From Leptogorgia sarmentosa (lineage: Eukaryota), in contig OZ210884.1 of NCBI GenBank assembly GCA_964658305.1, positions 3,286,001 through 3,350,000 on the forward strand: a stretch of DNA of 64,000 bases, in the 5' to 3' direction. The notes beneath the pieces were generated by a model. The model saw only the letters and a list, made by a program, of their open reading frames with translations, was not told the origin of the DNA and ran no database searches. Below are positions 1 to 12,873 of this stretch, piece after piece. The position numbers and the translations under genes are program-made. How positions within the stretch are numbered: position 1 is the stretch's first letter; each line of letters starts with the position of its first letter.

Positions 1-626
1 CCCAGGCTTTTCTTAGCTTAGAGAGATTAGCAAGAATCCAGATAAATATATAGAGATCGGGCGCGTGCGCGCAAGGGTTCATGGGCAGGCGCGACGGAGG
101 AAGCGCCTGGCAAAATATTATGCAAAAAACATGGAGGACGACTTGTCCATATTCATAAATGGAAATCGAGGAGATTGCTGTTCTTCATGAAATTGAGAGG
201 CCAGTCCATCGAGGAGTACATTATTCCGAACGGTGTAATTTCTTCTTCCGAACTCGACGATGCTGAAGCGAAATTTTTAAACAAATCGAAACAATGTAGT
301 GTGTATGCGAAGCGAGATTTGTCAGAATCATCATAAATCAAGAAGATAGTGTAAAACTAGCTTCGAAAGATAATTCCTGAAGCGATCTTTCCAAACTCAT
401 CCATATTTAAATGCAACCGGTGCGAGATTTTTGTCACATTTTGAAGCTTTTCATACGCAGATAATTTTTTGCAAAAGTGGTACACGGCAATTTGCATATT
501 CTGCCAGGCGCCTCACAAGTCCGTCGCGCCTGCCCATGAACCCTTGCGCGCTCGCGCTTGATCTCTATATATTTATCTGGATTCTTACTAATCTCTCTAA
601 GCTAAGAAGCGCCTGGGTACGAGGCT
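1..626. mobile_element. MITE with ~130 bp terminal inverted repeats; left tip lies just outside the window
   Basis: 1-126 is the near-perfect reverse complement of ~491-617; the right end reads cctgggtacgaggct. Confidence 0.85.
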
Positions 627-700
627 GCTTTTCAAAAGGATTTCAAGCTTCTGCTCTTCATGACGGTCCGCCATAATTTTGAGATCACTTATAACCACCC

Positions 701-945
701 CTAGACCACAGTATACCTATACAGTAGTCCAACTCATTGTTTTTTTGTAAGCTGTATACGTCATGATTCGTCACTCAGCAAGTGCACTAAACAGAAGCAT
801 TCACCCCCCTGAGTATTATTCATTTTGAGTATTGCCAGGGGGGTGACTGCTTCTGTTTAGGGCACTTGCTGAGTGACGAATCATGACGAATACAGCTTAC
901 AAAAAAACAATGAGTTGGACTACTGTATAGGTATACTGTGCCTAG
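701..945. mobile_element. Foldback/palindromic MITE, ~110 bp arms
   Basis: ctagaccacagtatacctatacagtagtccaactc... pairs with ...gagttggactactgtataggtatactgtgcctag; ~25 bp spacer. Confidence 0.85.
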
Positions 946-1650
946 ACGGTAACCAGACATGGCGGCCAAAATGAGGAACTTCAAACTCCGCAAGGCTTCC
1001 CTTTACCCGGGGGTAATTAGCCGTGAGGTAGTATCGTTGCCCACGGTGTTTCGCACGGGGGCTCCATTTTGCCTCGGGGATGAATATTTATATAGATTTT
1101 CGGTTAAATTTTACCTTAAATCTGTTATTGATCGATCATTTACGCTGTATTTCCGGGAAAATTAAATAATTGAAAAGGTTGAGTAAAACTGAAATTTTTG
1201 ACCTACGTACCTGTACAGTTCACACCATTTCCTGAGAAGCCATTTTTACAAGCACATGTAAATGATCCAATTGTGTTTGTACATGTAGCATTGTCGTGGC
1301 AATTGTGTGTGGTATCGGCACATTCATTGACATCTGCAACAGTAAAGATATAGGCTTGATAATTTACTACTTTACTGAGGAATTAAAAATTAACAGCAGA
1401 ACCCGGCTAAAAGAGGTTTTCGTGATTAACGACTAAAGATTCAAGCTTCACAAGGTGGAGATGAGAAGGAAACGAATACGCCGAGTCAAGGGTTCATTGC
1501 ATGCAAGACTTGCATGATCATATATATATATATATATAATTATATATATTCAATGTAATTTAACATCCTTAATCCCAATATAACATCCTTAATATATAGC
1601 TACATATTCATATATATTGCCCTGATCGGCTAATTTAACATTTGACTAAC

Positions 1651-1962
1651 CTGGACTGACGAGTGTAATATTGGCAACCCTTGTACGGCATTCACCATTA
1701 CTATTTTGAGCTGTGCAAGAAATGTCCCGAGGTAGAAAAGGAAAGAAAGTTGGAAGTGTATAAACGCATCGGTAAACCGGATCGGCGCCATCTTCGCATT
1801 CCATTACTGTGTATATACCTAGACGGATCACGATCTCCAGAGGTGGGAATGCGGGAGATCCAGCTGGAGGGACATCTGCATCACATATGACAGTCATATT
1901 TGCATATTCGGGTATAATTGTAGATGGCAGAACAGTCATGTTTACATCTGGCCCAATTTGGC
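1651..1962 (-). CDS. Internal exon encoding an Ig-like domain; rest of gene not located
   Basis: ttttag acceptor and GTtagt donor bound a 312 bp phase 1-1 open exon: GQIGPDVNMTVLP...VICDAD...ISCTAQNSNGECRTRVANITLVSP, with Ig-type Cys spacing and N-glycosylation sequons. Confidence 0.65.
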
Positions 1963-2780
1963 CTAAAAGTATATGAACAACAATTAAATTAATAATGAAA
2001 AGATTAGACGTTCTCTTGTTAATAAATTTATTATTCACAAGCTTTAGATTACCAGTCTGTAGCCTTCAACGGGTGTATATATAATATGATATAAGGACGC
2101 TATTACTATATAATGCATGTAAATTGAAACTAAATGTGACGTATGAGTATGTGCAATCTGAAATGTGATATTAAGGTTGTGCATTGTCGAGGAAGTGGCT
2201 TAGTGTTCTTATCAGCGTTTTTCCTAGCCTATGACTTTCGAGTTATTAAAATCAATTACATGATCATGGTCCCATGCATGCTTCGCGATATTGATCCATC
2301 TTTCTTATGTTTCAGCTACGTTTCTGACGTGTCGGATTTTCTAGTCTTGAGGGATCTGACTGAGTTCAAAGTGCAATCTTTACACGGTGTTTTGTAAAGT
2401 GTAAACGACGTTGGTTTGTTCTTCGGTTGGAGGTCTGTATTTCACTGAGGGGAATTCTCGTTGCACGGTTTCAAAGGTTCTTATGTCTAATCCTGATTAC
2501 ACATCTAAGATTTTTAAAATTAAATTAATATTGCGCAAATCAGTGCACCAGTAAATATGAAAAGGTTTTTTAAGTATGTTAAAATACATATTGTGCCTCC
2601 ATGTTAAAAACCGTCTTTACACTTTCTCCCACCAAGCGTTGGGCTAAAAGAAGAATCGCTCTGTTCTTATACGCGATTCGACGCCACGAGTAAGAAACTC
2701 GCGCACTGTTGAAAAATGTTCACGAAAATATACGGCAACTGCCCCCCCCCCCAAAAAAAAATTTTCAAATTGGAAAAATC

Positions 2781-2950
2781 GGGCACTGATTTTGAACATA
2801 ATTCGGGCAAAAATCTGAGGAATAAGGTAATGTCAACAATCCTCCAGTCATTCACCTCAACGAGCGTACCAATTGCAAGAAAGTGGAGTTAGGACTCTGA
2901 ATTCGCCGTTTCCAGGCAATCCAGAGGTTGTAAAAGTTCAAAAATTTCGC
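2781..2950. repeat. Dispersed repeat, homologous to ~58920-59090
   Basis: Shared gggcactgattttga(a/g)cataattcgggcaaaaatctgaggaataaggtaatgtcaacaatcctccagtc... Confidence 0.85.
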
Positions 2951-3096
2951 GCTTGTTATATCATTAACTTTGCTTTAACATTTCAGGTAGGAATTGAAAT
3001 ACCAGGCGGGAATCATAATCTAAATATGAATATTAGTGCCCAGCAAGCGATTTTTAACGCATACATATTAAAACCATTCAGTTTTATATAAAATTT

Positions 3097-3138
3097 ATTG
3101 CTAACGTTTCGTTGCTACATCGCAACATCATCAGAGCT
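3097..3138 (-). ncRNA. Minimal type I hammerhead ribozyme motif in a Penelope-like pLTR remnant
   Basis: Minus strand: gct CTGATGA T GTTGC-gatgta-GCAAC GAAA CG TT agc AATAAA, giving core, stem II, palindromic ACGT in place of helix III and a 3 bp stem I. Confidence 0.7.
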
Positions 3139-3406
3139 ATTATGATAATGTAATAGTTGGGCACTAATATTCATATTTAGATTTCAGATAGGCTTAGAAT
3201 CAGGTAATTTTCAGAAACATTCGGCAGAAAATTTTTATCTTGCACCACGTGAGCCACAAGCCTGACAAGTTTGACTTTCTGGCCTTTACTCACTTTTCCG
3301 CTCATTAGCTAGAACAGTTAGCTAGAATGCATGATGCATATTTTCGGTTCGATTTCCTAAGGTAAACTTTGAGCTTCAATATTCTTTATATATTTGAACT
3401 GTCATA

Positions 3407-3468
3407 ACAGAAAATTACACTGTGATTACAGAAAATTGCACTGTGATAACAGAAAATTGCATTGTGAT
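3407..3468. repeat. 21 bp minisatellite x3
   Basis: acagaaaatt(a/g)ca(c/t)tgtgat(t/a) three times. Confidence 0.8.
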
Positions 3469-4264
3469 TCGGGATTAACTGCACTGAAATGAACCAATCA
3501 CCGTCGAATAATATTTTTATGCATATTATTATGTTAGTAATATTTTCAAGTAATTGTACGTACCTATTACATATGGTCCCTGTTCGCACCCGGCCTGTGC
3601 TCGAACAATACGAGTAGCTAAAGCAGCGATAATATATGCACTCAGGAGAATCGCACCACAGCTCATTTTTTTCTTGTCTTGTTTATAACAGCTTTTCTAA
3701 ACAAAGTTTCAAACCAACAGTTGTTAGAGAAAACCTGTCCTGAACGCAACACTGCTTGAGAAACATTTTAAAATATATGAAACTTCTCTCTGTCAGACCA
3801 GTTTATATGCAAATTAAACACGGGGACATACTGGCGCAACAATCTTGCCCTTAAGTGAATTGAACGGCTTGCCGACATATTTTTACTTTTAAAACTGTGA
3901 CTTGATGTACGTGAAATTCTATCTCAACCCGCACAAGCAATTCAGTTTTGTTTTCTTTTGCTCTCATTGCGTATCACAGATTTCTTTTCCCAATGTTAAA
4001 TCACTAATTAATAAAACGAAGATGAAGCAGCATTGAATGTTAAGAGGGCGCAATATATGCACAAGCAATTAATCAATACAAAAAAAATTCAGTCTAAGCG
4101 GTTGCCATGTAAACAAGAACTTGTATTTTTCGCCGGTTTTAAAATAAGCAGCATAAATTAGGCGACAAGATTACGTCATAATGTCGTATCTGAGTTTTAG
4201 CGTTAAGATATGACGAAATCACCCACTGCTCTGAACCAATCAAAATTCTTGAATTATTTTAAAT

Positions 4265-7200
4265 AAATAATATAGGATATGTCTGGGCAAACAGAGTCCA
4301 ATATCCTGAAGCTCATGTTCTTATTTTCCCTTGAAGCCGAATGTTCATGGAATCTGTGTTACGTCATTATTTTGTTAATTTTATCACGTCTAATAATAAC
4401 ATTTCTACAAGCTTTTTTGTCATTGTCGGAAATTTCCGCACGCGCACGGCATTTACCAAAATAGGATAATCACATTGCGCAATAGTTTGAAACACTTCGC
4501 CGGAAAACACGCTATATACCGGATAATCGGACCTGTAGAATCGATTTCCGATGAAATTATTCATTATGTCTTTCATTATTCGTATCACTTCCGGTTTATT
4601 TGCACGCGACCTAATAACACGGCCGGTTCTTGAAGAATGTATTTTACCTATAACCTTGTAAAAAGGTAGAAATATAATAATTTCTACGGCGATTTCATTG
4701 GTACTACTCCGAAGAACTGAACATTAGCGGTGGCACAGTTACTATCGAACTAAAGATTGAAAATATGCATCTAATTAGTATTCTAGGTAACATTTTGTAC
4801 GATGTATATTTCATTGTCTTCAAATAAAAATATTTTCCTCATATTGCTTAGACATTATCGAGTTTTTGACGCTGCATGTAATGAGTGTATTTTTGTCCTT
4901 GTTGGGTGCGTAAAATCAGAAATACGGCGAATTATAGCCATTTTATTTTAGGTCGAATTTAGGTCGAATTCGACCTAAATTAATATGATGTTGGAGCGAG
5001 AACTATATTATTTAGTTCTAGTTTAGTTTTAGTCCGCTAATACCATCACGAAGTGACGGCAATTTTAAAAACAGGGGGAACAAGTTTTTTTCTCCATATT
5101 TCCCGCTAAAGGAAGAAGAAAATCATAATAATTTTGGCCAGTACTATGTAAATGACATTACGACACTCAAGCAAATCTTTTTGGAAAAGAAGCTATGTCA
5201 GAAATATGGAAGCATCATGCACGTTTCATTTCTTTGATGTTCTGGAATATGTATATTTAGAGGTGTTGTGAAAGGCCTTTTTGTAATAGAAAATTAGTTC
5301 GCATTCCACGCATACATGTGGTAGGAACAGATAATTTATTTAAACTTAATCGGCTAAGCGCTGTATTTTCCAAACGATTTTTTATAATCAAATACTAACA
5401 CCAAGGAAAGCAATTCTGGGGCCGGTTGTTCAAAGGTAGGTTAGTGCTAACCCTGCAAAATTTTAACCCACTGTTTTGCTTTGTGTATTTCTACACGCCT
5501 GTTTACGTCGAAACACTTATTGAAGAAAACTGTTATTGATCAAGGCAAGATTTCTGAAGAAATATCCCTAAATTCATAAACAAACTGTTAAAAAATTTGC
5601 TTTGAATTCTCAAGTTAACCCAAGGTTAAAACTAACCGGCTTTTGAACAACTCGCCCCAGAACCATAATTATTATGAGAATGTTTTCGTTGAAAGTTTTC
5701 TAAACTTATAAGTGTGCGTGAAAAAATATATTCAAAACATCCCACTGTAGAACGGCTACAATGCGACTAAACATTTTTAGATATTTATTTTCACAATAAA
5801 TTTTGTGCAATTTTCAAAATTAAAATTTTGTTTTATTATAACTATTTATGGATTATAATAACTCGCTACAATAAAGCTAAAATTGTGCATGACAAACCTC
5901 TTTTCACTCTGATGTAAAATCTCTGGCTAACAAAGTACCTCCGTTCTTCACTGTTATGTCATGAACACGGTATGTTCAAGGAGCAAATGAATCGACGAGA
6001 GATTTCTGATACCTAAAAATAGCGATTTGAACACATAATTACTTTATTTTTTTAGAGTAATTGCATTCGAGGAAGTAATTATTGAATTCGTCACATTTTT
6101 TAGCATAATAACAAATACCACGTTCAGACGTCGAATTTTTCATTTGTCGAACCTGCAAGATGAGCTGAAACAAAAGTTTAAGTCGTTAGGTTTAGCACAC
6201 GAAAAGTTCGACGTTTCAATTATAGCCTCTACTATGTTTAATTAAAAAATTTCTAGTTGCAAATGTCAAACGTGCCAATTTCGCCGAATAATCAAAATGT
6301 TAAAATCAAAGCTATGTATTGGAATGCAAACGCATTAATGTCCTTGTTTTAAGACATTTTCAATGCCCCCTAATTTGTCCAACATCGAATTGATGTCATA
6401 AAAATTATTATTATAGTTAAATTTACGTGATTAGGCACGTTTCATGCACGTCTCGTGCTTGCAGACGTCATACCGTTGTGCTTGTAGTCGTCAATTGTGG
6501 ATTGGAACGTGGATTGGAATTTCCTTAAAAATTGCTTGTTTTTCGTTCAATATACCTAAACTATCATACATGCAGATGGAGAGTATTGACGTTGATCTTT
6601 GAATGCATGACTTTCATTTTTGGTCAATAAGTGCATGAAATTGTGATAATGATTAGACGTTGGCAATGATCTAGAACGAATAAGCTTATCTTTTCTCTAT
6701 CAAAACCGAAAGGTACAGTTATGTTTTTGTAAAGTCTAACTGGTTTTCTATGCAACGATATGCTTTAGTACAATCAAAATTAACCAGCGCGCCCAATATT
6801 AAAGAAATATAACCCATAGCAAACTAAAAATAACACAAAATACTTCATAAATTTCCACAATGGAGCTCTTTCAGTACGATCTTACGATGAGTACGTAAAT
6901 AATATAGGATATGTCTGGGCAAACAGAGTCCAATATCCTGAAGCTCATGTTCTTATTTTCCCTTGAAGCCGAATGTTCATGGAATCTGTGTTATGTTCTT
7001 ATTATTTTGCTAATTTTATCACGTCTAATAATAACATTTCTACAAGCTTTTTTGTAATTGTCGGAAATTTCCGCACGCGCACGGCATTTACCAAAATAGG
7101 ATAATCACATTGCGCAATAGTTTGAAACACTTCGCCGGAAAACACGCTATATACCGGATAATCGGACCTGTAGAATCGATTTCCGATGACATTATTCGTA

Positions 7201-10200
7201 TGTCTTTCATTATTCGTATCACTTCCGGTTTATTTGCACGCGACCTAATAACACGGCCGGTTCTTGAATAATGTTTTTTACCTATAACCTTGTAAAAAGG
7301 TAGAAATATAATAATTTCTACGGCGATTTCATTGGTACTACTCCGAAGAACTGAACATTAGCGGTGGCACAGTTACTATCGAACTAAAGATTGAAAATAT
7401 GCATCTAATTAGTATTCTAGGTAACATTTTGTACGATGTATATTTCATTGTCTTCAAATAAAAATATTTTCCTCATATTGCTTAGACATTATCGAGTTTT
7501 TGACGCTGCATGTAATGAGTGTATTTTTGTCCTTGTTCGGTGCGTAAAATCAGAAATACGGCGAATTATAGCCATTTTATTTTAGGTCGAATTTAGGTCG
7601 AATTCGACCTAAATTAATGTTGGAGCGAGAACTATATTATTTAGTTCTAGTTTAGTTTTAGTCCGCTAACACCATCACGAAGTGACGGCAATTTTAAAAA
7701 CAGGGGGAACAAGTTTTTTTCTCCATATTTCCCGCTAAAGGAAGAAGAAAATCATAATAATTTTGGCCAGTACTATGTAAATGACATTACGACACTCAAG
7801 CAAATCTTTTTGGAAAAGAAGCTATGTCAGAAATATGGAAGCATCATGCACGTTTCATTTCTTTGATGTTCTGGAATATGTATATTTAGAGGTGTTGTGA
7901 AAGGCCTTTTTGGAATAGAAAATTAGTTCGCATTCCATGCATACATGTGGTAGGAACAGATAATTTATTTAAACTTAATCGGCTAAGCGCTGTATTTTCC
8001 AAACGATTTTTTATAATCAAATACTAACACCAAGGAGTGCTAACCCTGCAAAATTTTAACCCACTGTTTTGCTTTGTGTATTTCTACACGCCTGTTTACG
8101 TCGAAACACTTATTGAAGAAAACTGTTATTGATCTAGGCAAGATTTCTGAAGAAATATCTCTAAATTCATAAACAAACTGTTAAAAAATTTGCTTTGAAT
8201 TCTCAAGTTAACCCAAGGTTAAAACTAACCGGCTTTTGAACAACTGGCCCCAGAACCATAATTATTATGAGAATGTTTTCGTTGAAAGTTTTCTAAACTT
8301 ATAAGCTAAGTGTGCGTGAAAAAATATATTCAAAACATCCCACTGTAGAACGGCTACAATGCGACTAAACATTTTTAGATATTTATTTTCACAATAAATT
8401 TTGTGCAATTTTCAAAATTAAAATTTTGTTTTATTATAACTATTTATGGATTATAATAACTCGCTACAATAAAGCTAAAATTGTGCATGACAAACCTCTT
8501 TTCACTCTGATGTAAAATCTCTGGCTAACAAAGTACCTCCGTTCTTCACTGTTATGTCATGAACACGGTATGTTCAAAGAGCAAATGAATCGACGAGAGA
8601 TTTCTGATACGGCTAAATAGCGATGTGAACACATAATTACTTTATTTTTTTAGAGTAATTGCATTCGAGGAAGTAATTATTGAATTCGTCACATTTTTTA
8701 GCATAATAACAGATACCACGTTCAGACGTCGAATTTTTCATTTGTCGAACCTGCAAGATGAGCTGAAACAAAAGTTTAAGTCATTAGGTTTAGCACACGA
8801 AAAGTTCGACGTTTCAATTATAGCCTCTACTATGTTTAATTAAAAAAATTCTAGTTGCAAATGTCAAACGTGCCAATTTCGTCGAATAATCAAAATGTTA
8901 ATATCAAAGCTATGTATTGGAATGCAAACGCATTAATGTCCTTGTTTTAAGACATTTTCAATGCCCCCTAATTTGTCCAACATCGAATTGATGTCATAAA
9001 AATTATTATAATAGTTAAATTTACGTGATTAGGCACGTTTCATGCACGTCTCGTGCTTGCAGACGTCATACCGTTGTGCTTGTAGACGTCAATTGTGGAT
9101 TGGAACGTGGATTGGAATTTCCTTAAAAATTGCTTGTTTTTCGTTCAATATACCTAAACTATCATGCATGCAGATGGAGAGTATTAACGTTGATCATTGA
9201 ATGCATGACTTTGATTTTTGGTCAATAAGTGCGTGAAATTGTGATAATGATTAGACGTTGGCAATGATCTAGAACGAATAAGCTTATCTTTTCTCTATCA
9301 AAACCGAAAGGTACAGTTATGTTTTTGTAAAGTCTAACTGGTTTTCTATGCAACGATATGCTTTAGTACAATCAAAATCGCGCCCAATATTAAAGAAATA
9401 CAACCCATAGCAAACTATAAAATAACACAAAATACTTCATAAATTTCCACAATGGAGCTCTTTCAGTACGATCTTACGATGAGTACGTAAATAATATAGG
9501 ATATGTCTGGGCAAACAGAGTCCAATATCCTGAAGCTCATGTTCTTATTTTCCCTTGAAGCCGAATGTTCATGGAATCTGTGTTATGTTCTTATTATTTT
9601 GCTAATTTTATCACGTCTAATAATAACATTTCTACAAGCTTTTTTGTAATTGTCGGAAATTTCCGCACGCGCACGGCATTTACCAAAATAGGATAATCAC
9701 ATTGCGCAATAGTTTGAAACACTTCGCCGGAAAACACGCTATATACCGGATAATCGGACCTGTAGAATCGATTTCCGATGACATTATTCGTATGTCTTTC
9801 ATTATTCGTATCACTTCCGGTTTATTTGCACGCGACCTAATAACACGGCCGGTTCTTGAAGAATGTTTTTTACCTATAACCTTGTAAAAAGGTAGAAATA
9901 TAATAATTTCTACGGCGATTTCATTGGTACTACTCCGAAGAACTGAACATTAGCGGTGGCACAGTTACTATCGAACTAAAGATTGAAAATATGCATCTAA
10001 TTAGTATTCTAGGTAACATTTTGTACGATGTATATTTCATTGTCTTCAAATAAAAATATTTTCCTCATATTGCTTAGACATTATCGAGGTTTTGACGCTG
10101 CATGTAATGAGTGTATTTTTGTCCTTGTTGGGTGCGTAAAATCAGAAATACGGCGAATTATAGCCATTTAGGTCGAATTTAGCTCGAATTCGACCTAAAT

Positions 10201-12071
10201 TGATATGGTGTTGGAGCGAGAACTATACTATTTAGTGACCGCTAATACCATCACGAAGTGACGGCAATTTTAAAAACAGGGGGAACAAGTTTTTTTCTCC
10301 ATATTTCCCGCTAAAGGAAGAAGAAAATCATAATAATTTTGGCCAGTGCTATGTAAATGACATTACGACACTCAAGCAAATCTTTTTGGAAAAGAAGCTA
10401 TGTCAGAAATATGGAAGCATCATGCACGTTTCATTTCTTTGATGTTCTGGAATATGTATATTTAGAGGGGTTGTGAAAGGCCTTTTTGTAATAAAAAATT
10501 AGTTCGCATTCCATGCATACATGTGGTAGGAACAGATAATTTATTTAAACTTAATCGGCTAAGCGCTGTATTTTCCAAACGATTTTTTATAATCAAATAC
10601 TAACACCAAGGAGTGCTAACCCTGCAAAATTTTAACCCACTGTTTTGCTTTGGGTATTTCTACACTCCTGTTTACGTCGAAACACTTATTGAAGAAAACT
10701 GTTATTGATCTAGGCAAGATTTCTGAAGAAATATCCCTAAATTCATAAACAAACTGTTAAAAAATTTGCTTTGAATTCTCAAGTTAACCCAAGGTTAAAA
10801 CTAACCGGCTTTTGAACAACTGGCCCCAGAACCATAATTATTATGAGAATGTTTTCGTTGAAAGTTTTCTAAACTTATAAGTGTGCGTGAAAAAATATAT
10901 TCAAAACATCCCACCGTAGAACGGCTACAATGCGACTAAACATTTTTAGATATTTATTTTCACAATAAATTTTGTGCAATTTTCAAAATTAAAATTTTGT
11001 TTTATTATTATAACTATTTATGGATTATAATAACTCGCTACAATAAAGCTAAAATTGTGCATGACAAACCTCTTTTCACTCTGATGTAAAATCTCTGGCT
11101 AACAAAGTACCTCCGTTCTTCACTGTTATGTCATGAACACGGTAGCTATGTTCAAAGAGCAAATGAATCGACGAGAGATTTCTGATACCTAAAAATAGCC
11201 ATGTGAACACATAATTACTTTATTTTTTTAGAGTAATTGCATTCGAGGAAGTAATTATTGAATTCGTCACATTTTTTAGCATAATAACAGATACCACGTT
11301 CAGACGTCGAATTTTTCATTTGTCGAACCTGCAAGATGAGCTGAAACAAAAGTTTAAGTCATTAGGTTTAGCACACGAAAAGTTCGACGTTTCAATTATA
11401 GCCTCTACTATGTTTAATTAAAAAATTTCTAGTTGCAAATGTCAAACGTGCCAATTTCGCCGAATAATCAAAATGTTAATATCAGAGCTATGTATTGGAA
11501 TGCAAACGCATTAATGTCCTTGTTTTAAGACATTTTCAATGCCCCCTAATTTGTCCAACATCGAATTGATGTCATAAAATTATTATTATAGTTAAATTTA
11601 CGTGATTAGGCACGTTTCATGCACGTCTCGTGCTTGCAGACGTCATACCGTTGTGCTTGTAGACGTCAATTGTGGATTGGAACGTGGATTGGAATTTCCT
11701 TAAAAATTGCTTGTTTTTTGTTCAATATACCTAAACTATCATGCATGCAGATGGAGAGTATTAACGTTGATCTTTGAATGCATGACTTTGATTTTTGGTC
11801 AATAAGTGCGTGAAATTGTGATAATGATTAGACGTTGGCAATGATCTAGAACGAATAAGCTTATCTTTTCTCTATCAAAACCGAGAGGTACAGTTATGTT
11901 TTTGTAAAGTCTAACTGGTTTCCTATGCAACGATATGCTTTAGTACAATCAAAATTAAGCAGCGCGTCCAATATTAAAGAAATATAACCCATAGCAAACT
12001 AAAAATAACACAAAATACTTCATAAATTTCCACAATGGAGCTCTTTCAGTACGATCTTACGATGAGTACGT
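4265..12071. repeat. Direct tandem triplication of a ~2.6 kb non-coding unit (about 4265-6896, 6897-9487, 9488-12071)
   Basis: Each unit starts aaataatataggatatgtctgggcaaacagag and ends gatcttacgatgagtacgt; units differ by scattered SNPs and small indels. Confidence 0.97.
5416..5660. mobile_element. MITE within triplication unit 1 (left TIR deleted in units 2 and 3)
   Basis: TIRs ctggggccggttgttcaaa ... tttgaacaactcgccccag. Confidence 0.8.
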
Positions 12072-12411
12072 GCATAAACCAACTCGCCCACGCAACTCGT
12101 ATGCCAATTTTTTCTTAACGACGTCATACTCTCTATGACACCCACACACTGAACGCACGAAAACGCATGGGCGCTCAGAATAATAATGCTAATGGAAGAC
12201 ATTTATATGTCTGTCATATTCAGATATGCAACGAAGTTCTAACATAGTTTTTCAAAGATACATTTGCGGTCCTTCATTGTATTGTTTGTACTCTAGGTCT
12301 CGGCTTTCACAAAGTCATCTGCTTGTGATTTTGCCAAGTCGTTTTCATCAAGCGAAGCTAAATTTATTTATCCTTTAATTCTTTGAATGTTCGCTTGTTG
12401 ATGTTAATATT

Positions 12412-12460
12412 ATCGAAAAGTTTTCGATTCGTAAGCCCGGATCTTCGATCATCAGTGCCA
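12412..12460 (-). ncRNA. Degenerate inverted copy of the adjacent hammerhead motif
   Basis: Minus strand: ggcaCTGATGAtcgaagatccgggcttacgaatcGAAAacttttcgata; inverted repeat of ~12535-12595 with a disrupted stem II. Confidence 0.55.
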
Positions 12461-12548
12461 ATAATATCTGATAATTGATATTAATAATATGATCAGGCAA
12501 TATCCATATATCAGATATACTGACATACCCAATAATATCAGATATTAT

Positions 12549-12592
12549 TCGCACTGATGAAGATCCGGGCTCCCGGATTGAAAGCTTTGCGA
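12549..12592 (+). ncRNA. Minimal type I hammerhead ribozyme motif (second Penelope-like family)
   Basis: tcgca CTGATGA A GATCCGG-gctc-CCGGATT GAAA GC TT tgcga: 5 bp stem I, 7 bp stem II, palindromic AGCT, CUU cleavage triplet. Confidence 0.78.
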
Positions 12593-12873
12593 TAAAAAAT
12601 TACGGTGGTGTAAACTATACCAACCTAAGAAAGACAAAAATACAGTACTCTACAGTACAGACCGAACAAGCGAGGTCAAAAAATCCGTTTATTATATGGC
12701 TGAATTGGGTCTGTTAGCATATGCTTTTCGCGCAAATTAAATCGGCTATCATCAGTTTCACTGGGTAACAGTATAATTATAGATGTGCATGTATGCTCAA
12801 TAAAAACAATTTAGTTGTTTGAAATTTTTATCTATAAATTTTAAATTGGAAATTTAAAAAGGAAAAATCTATT

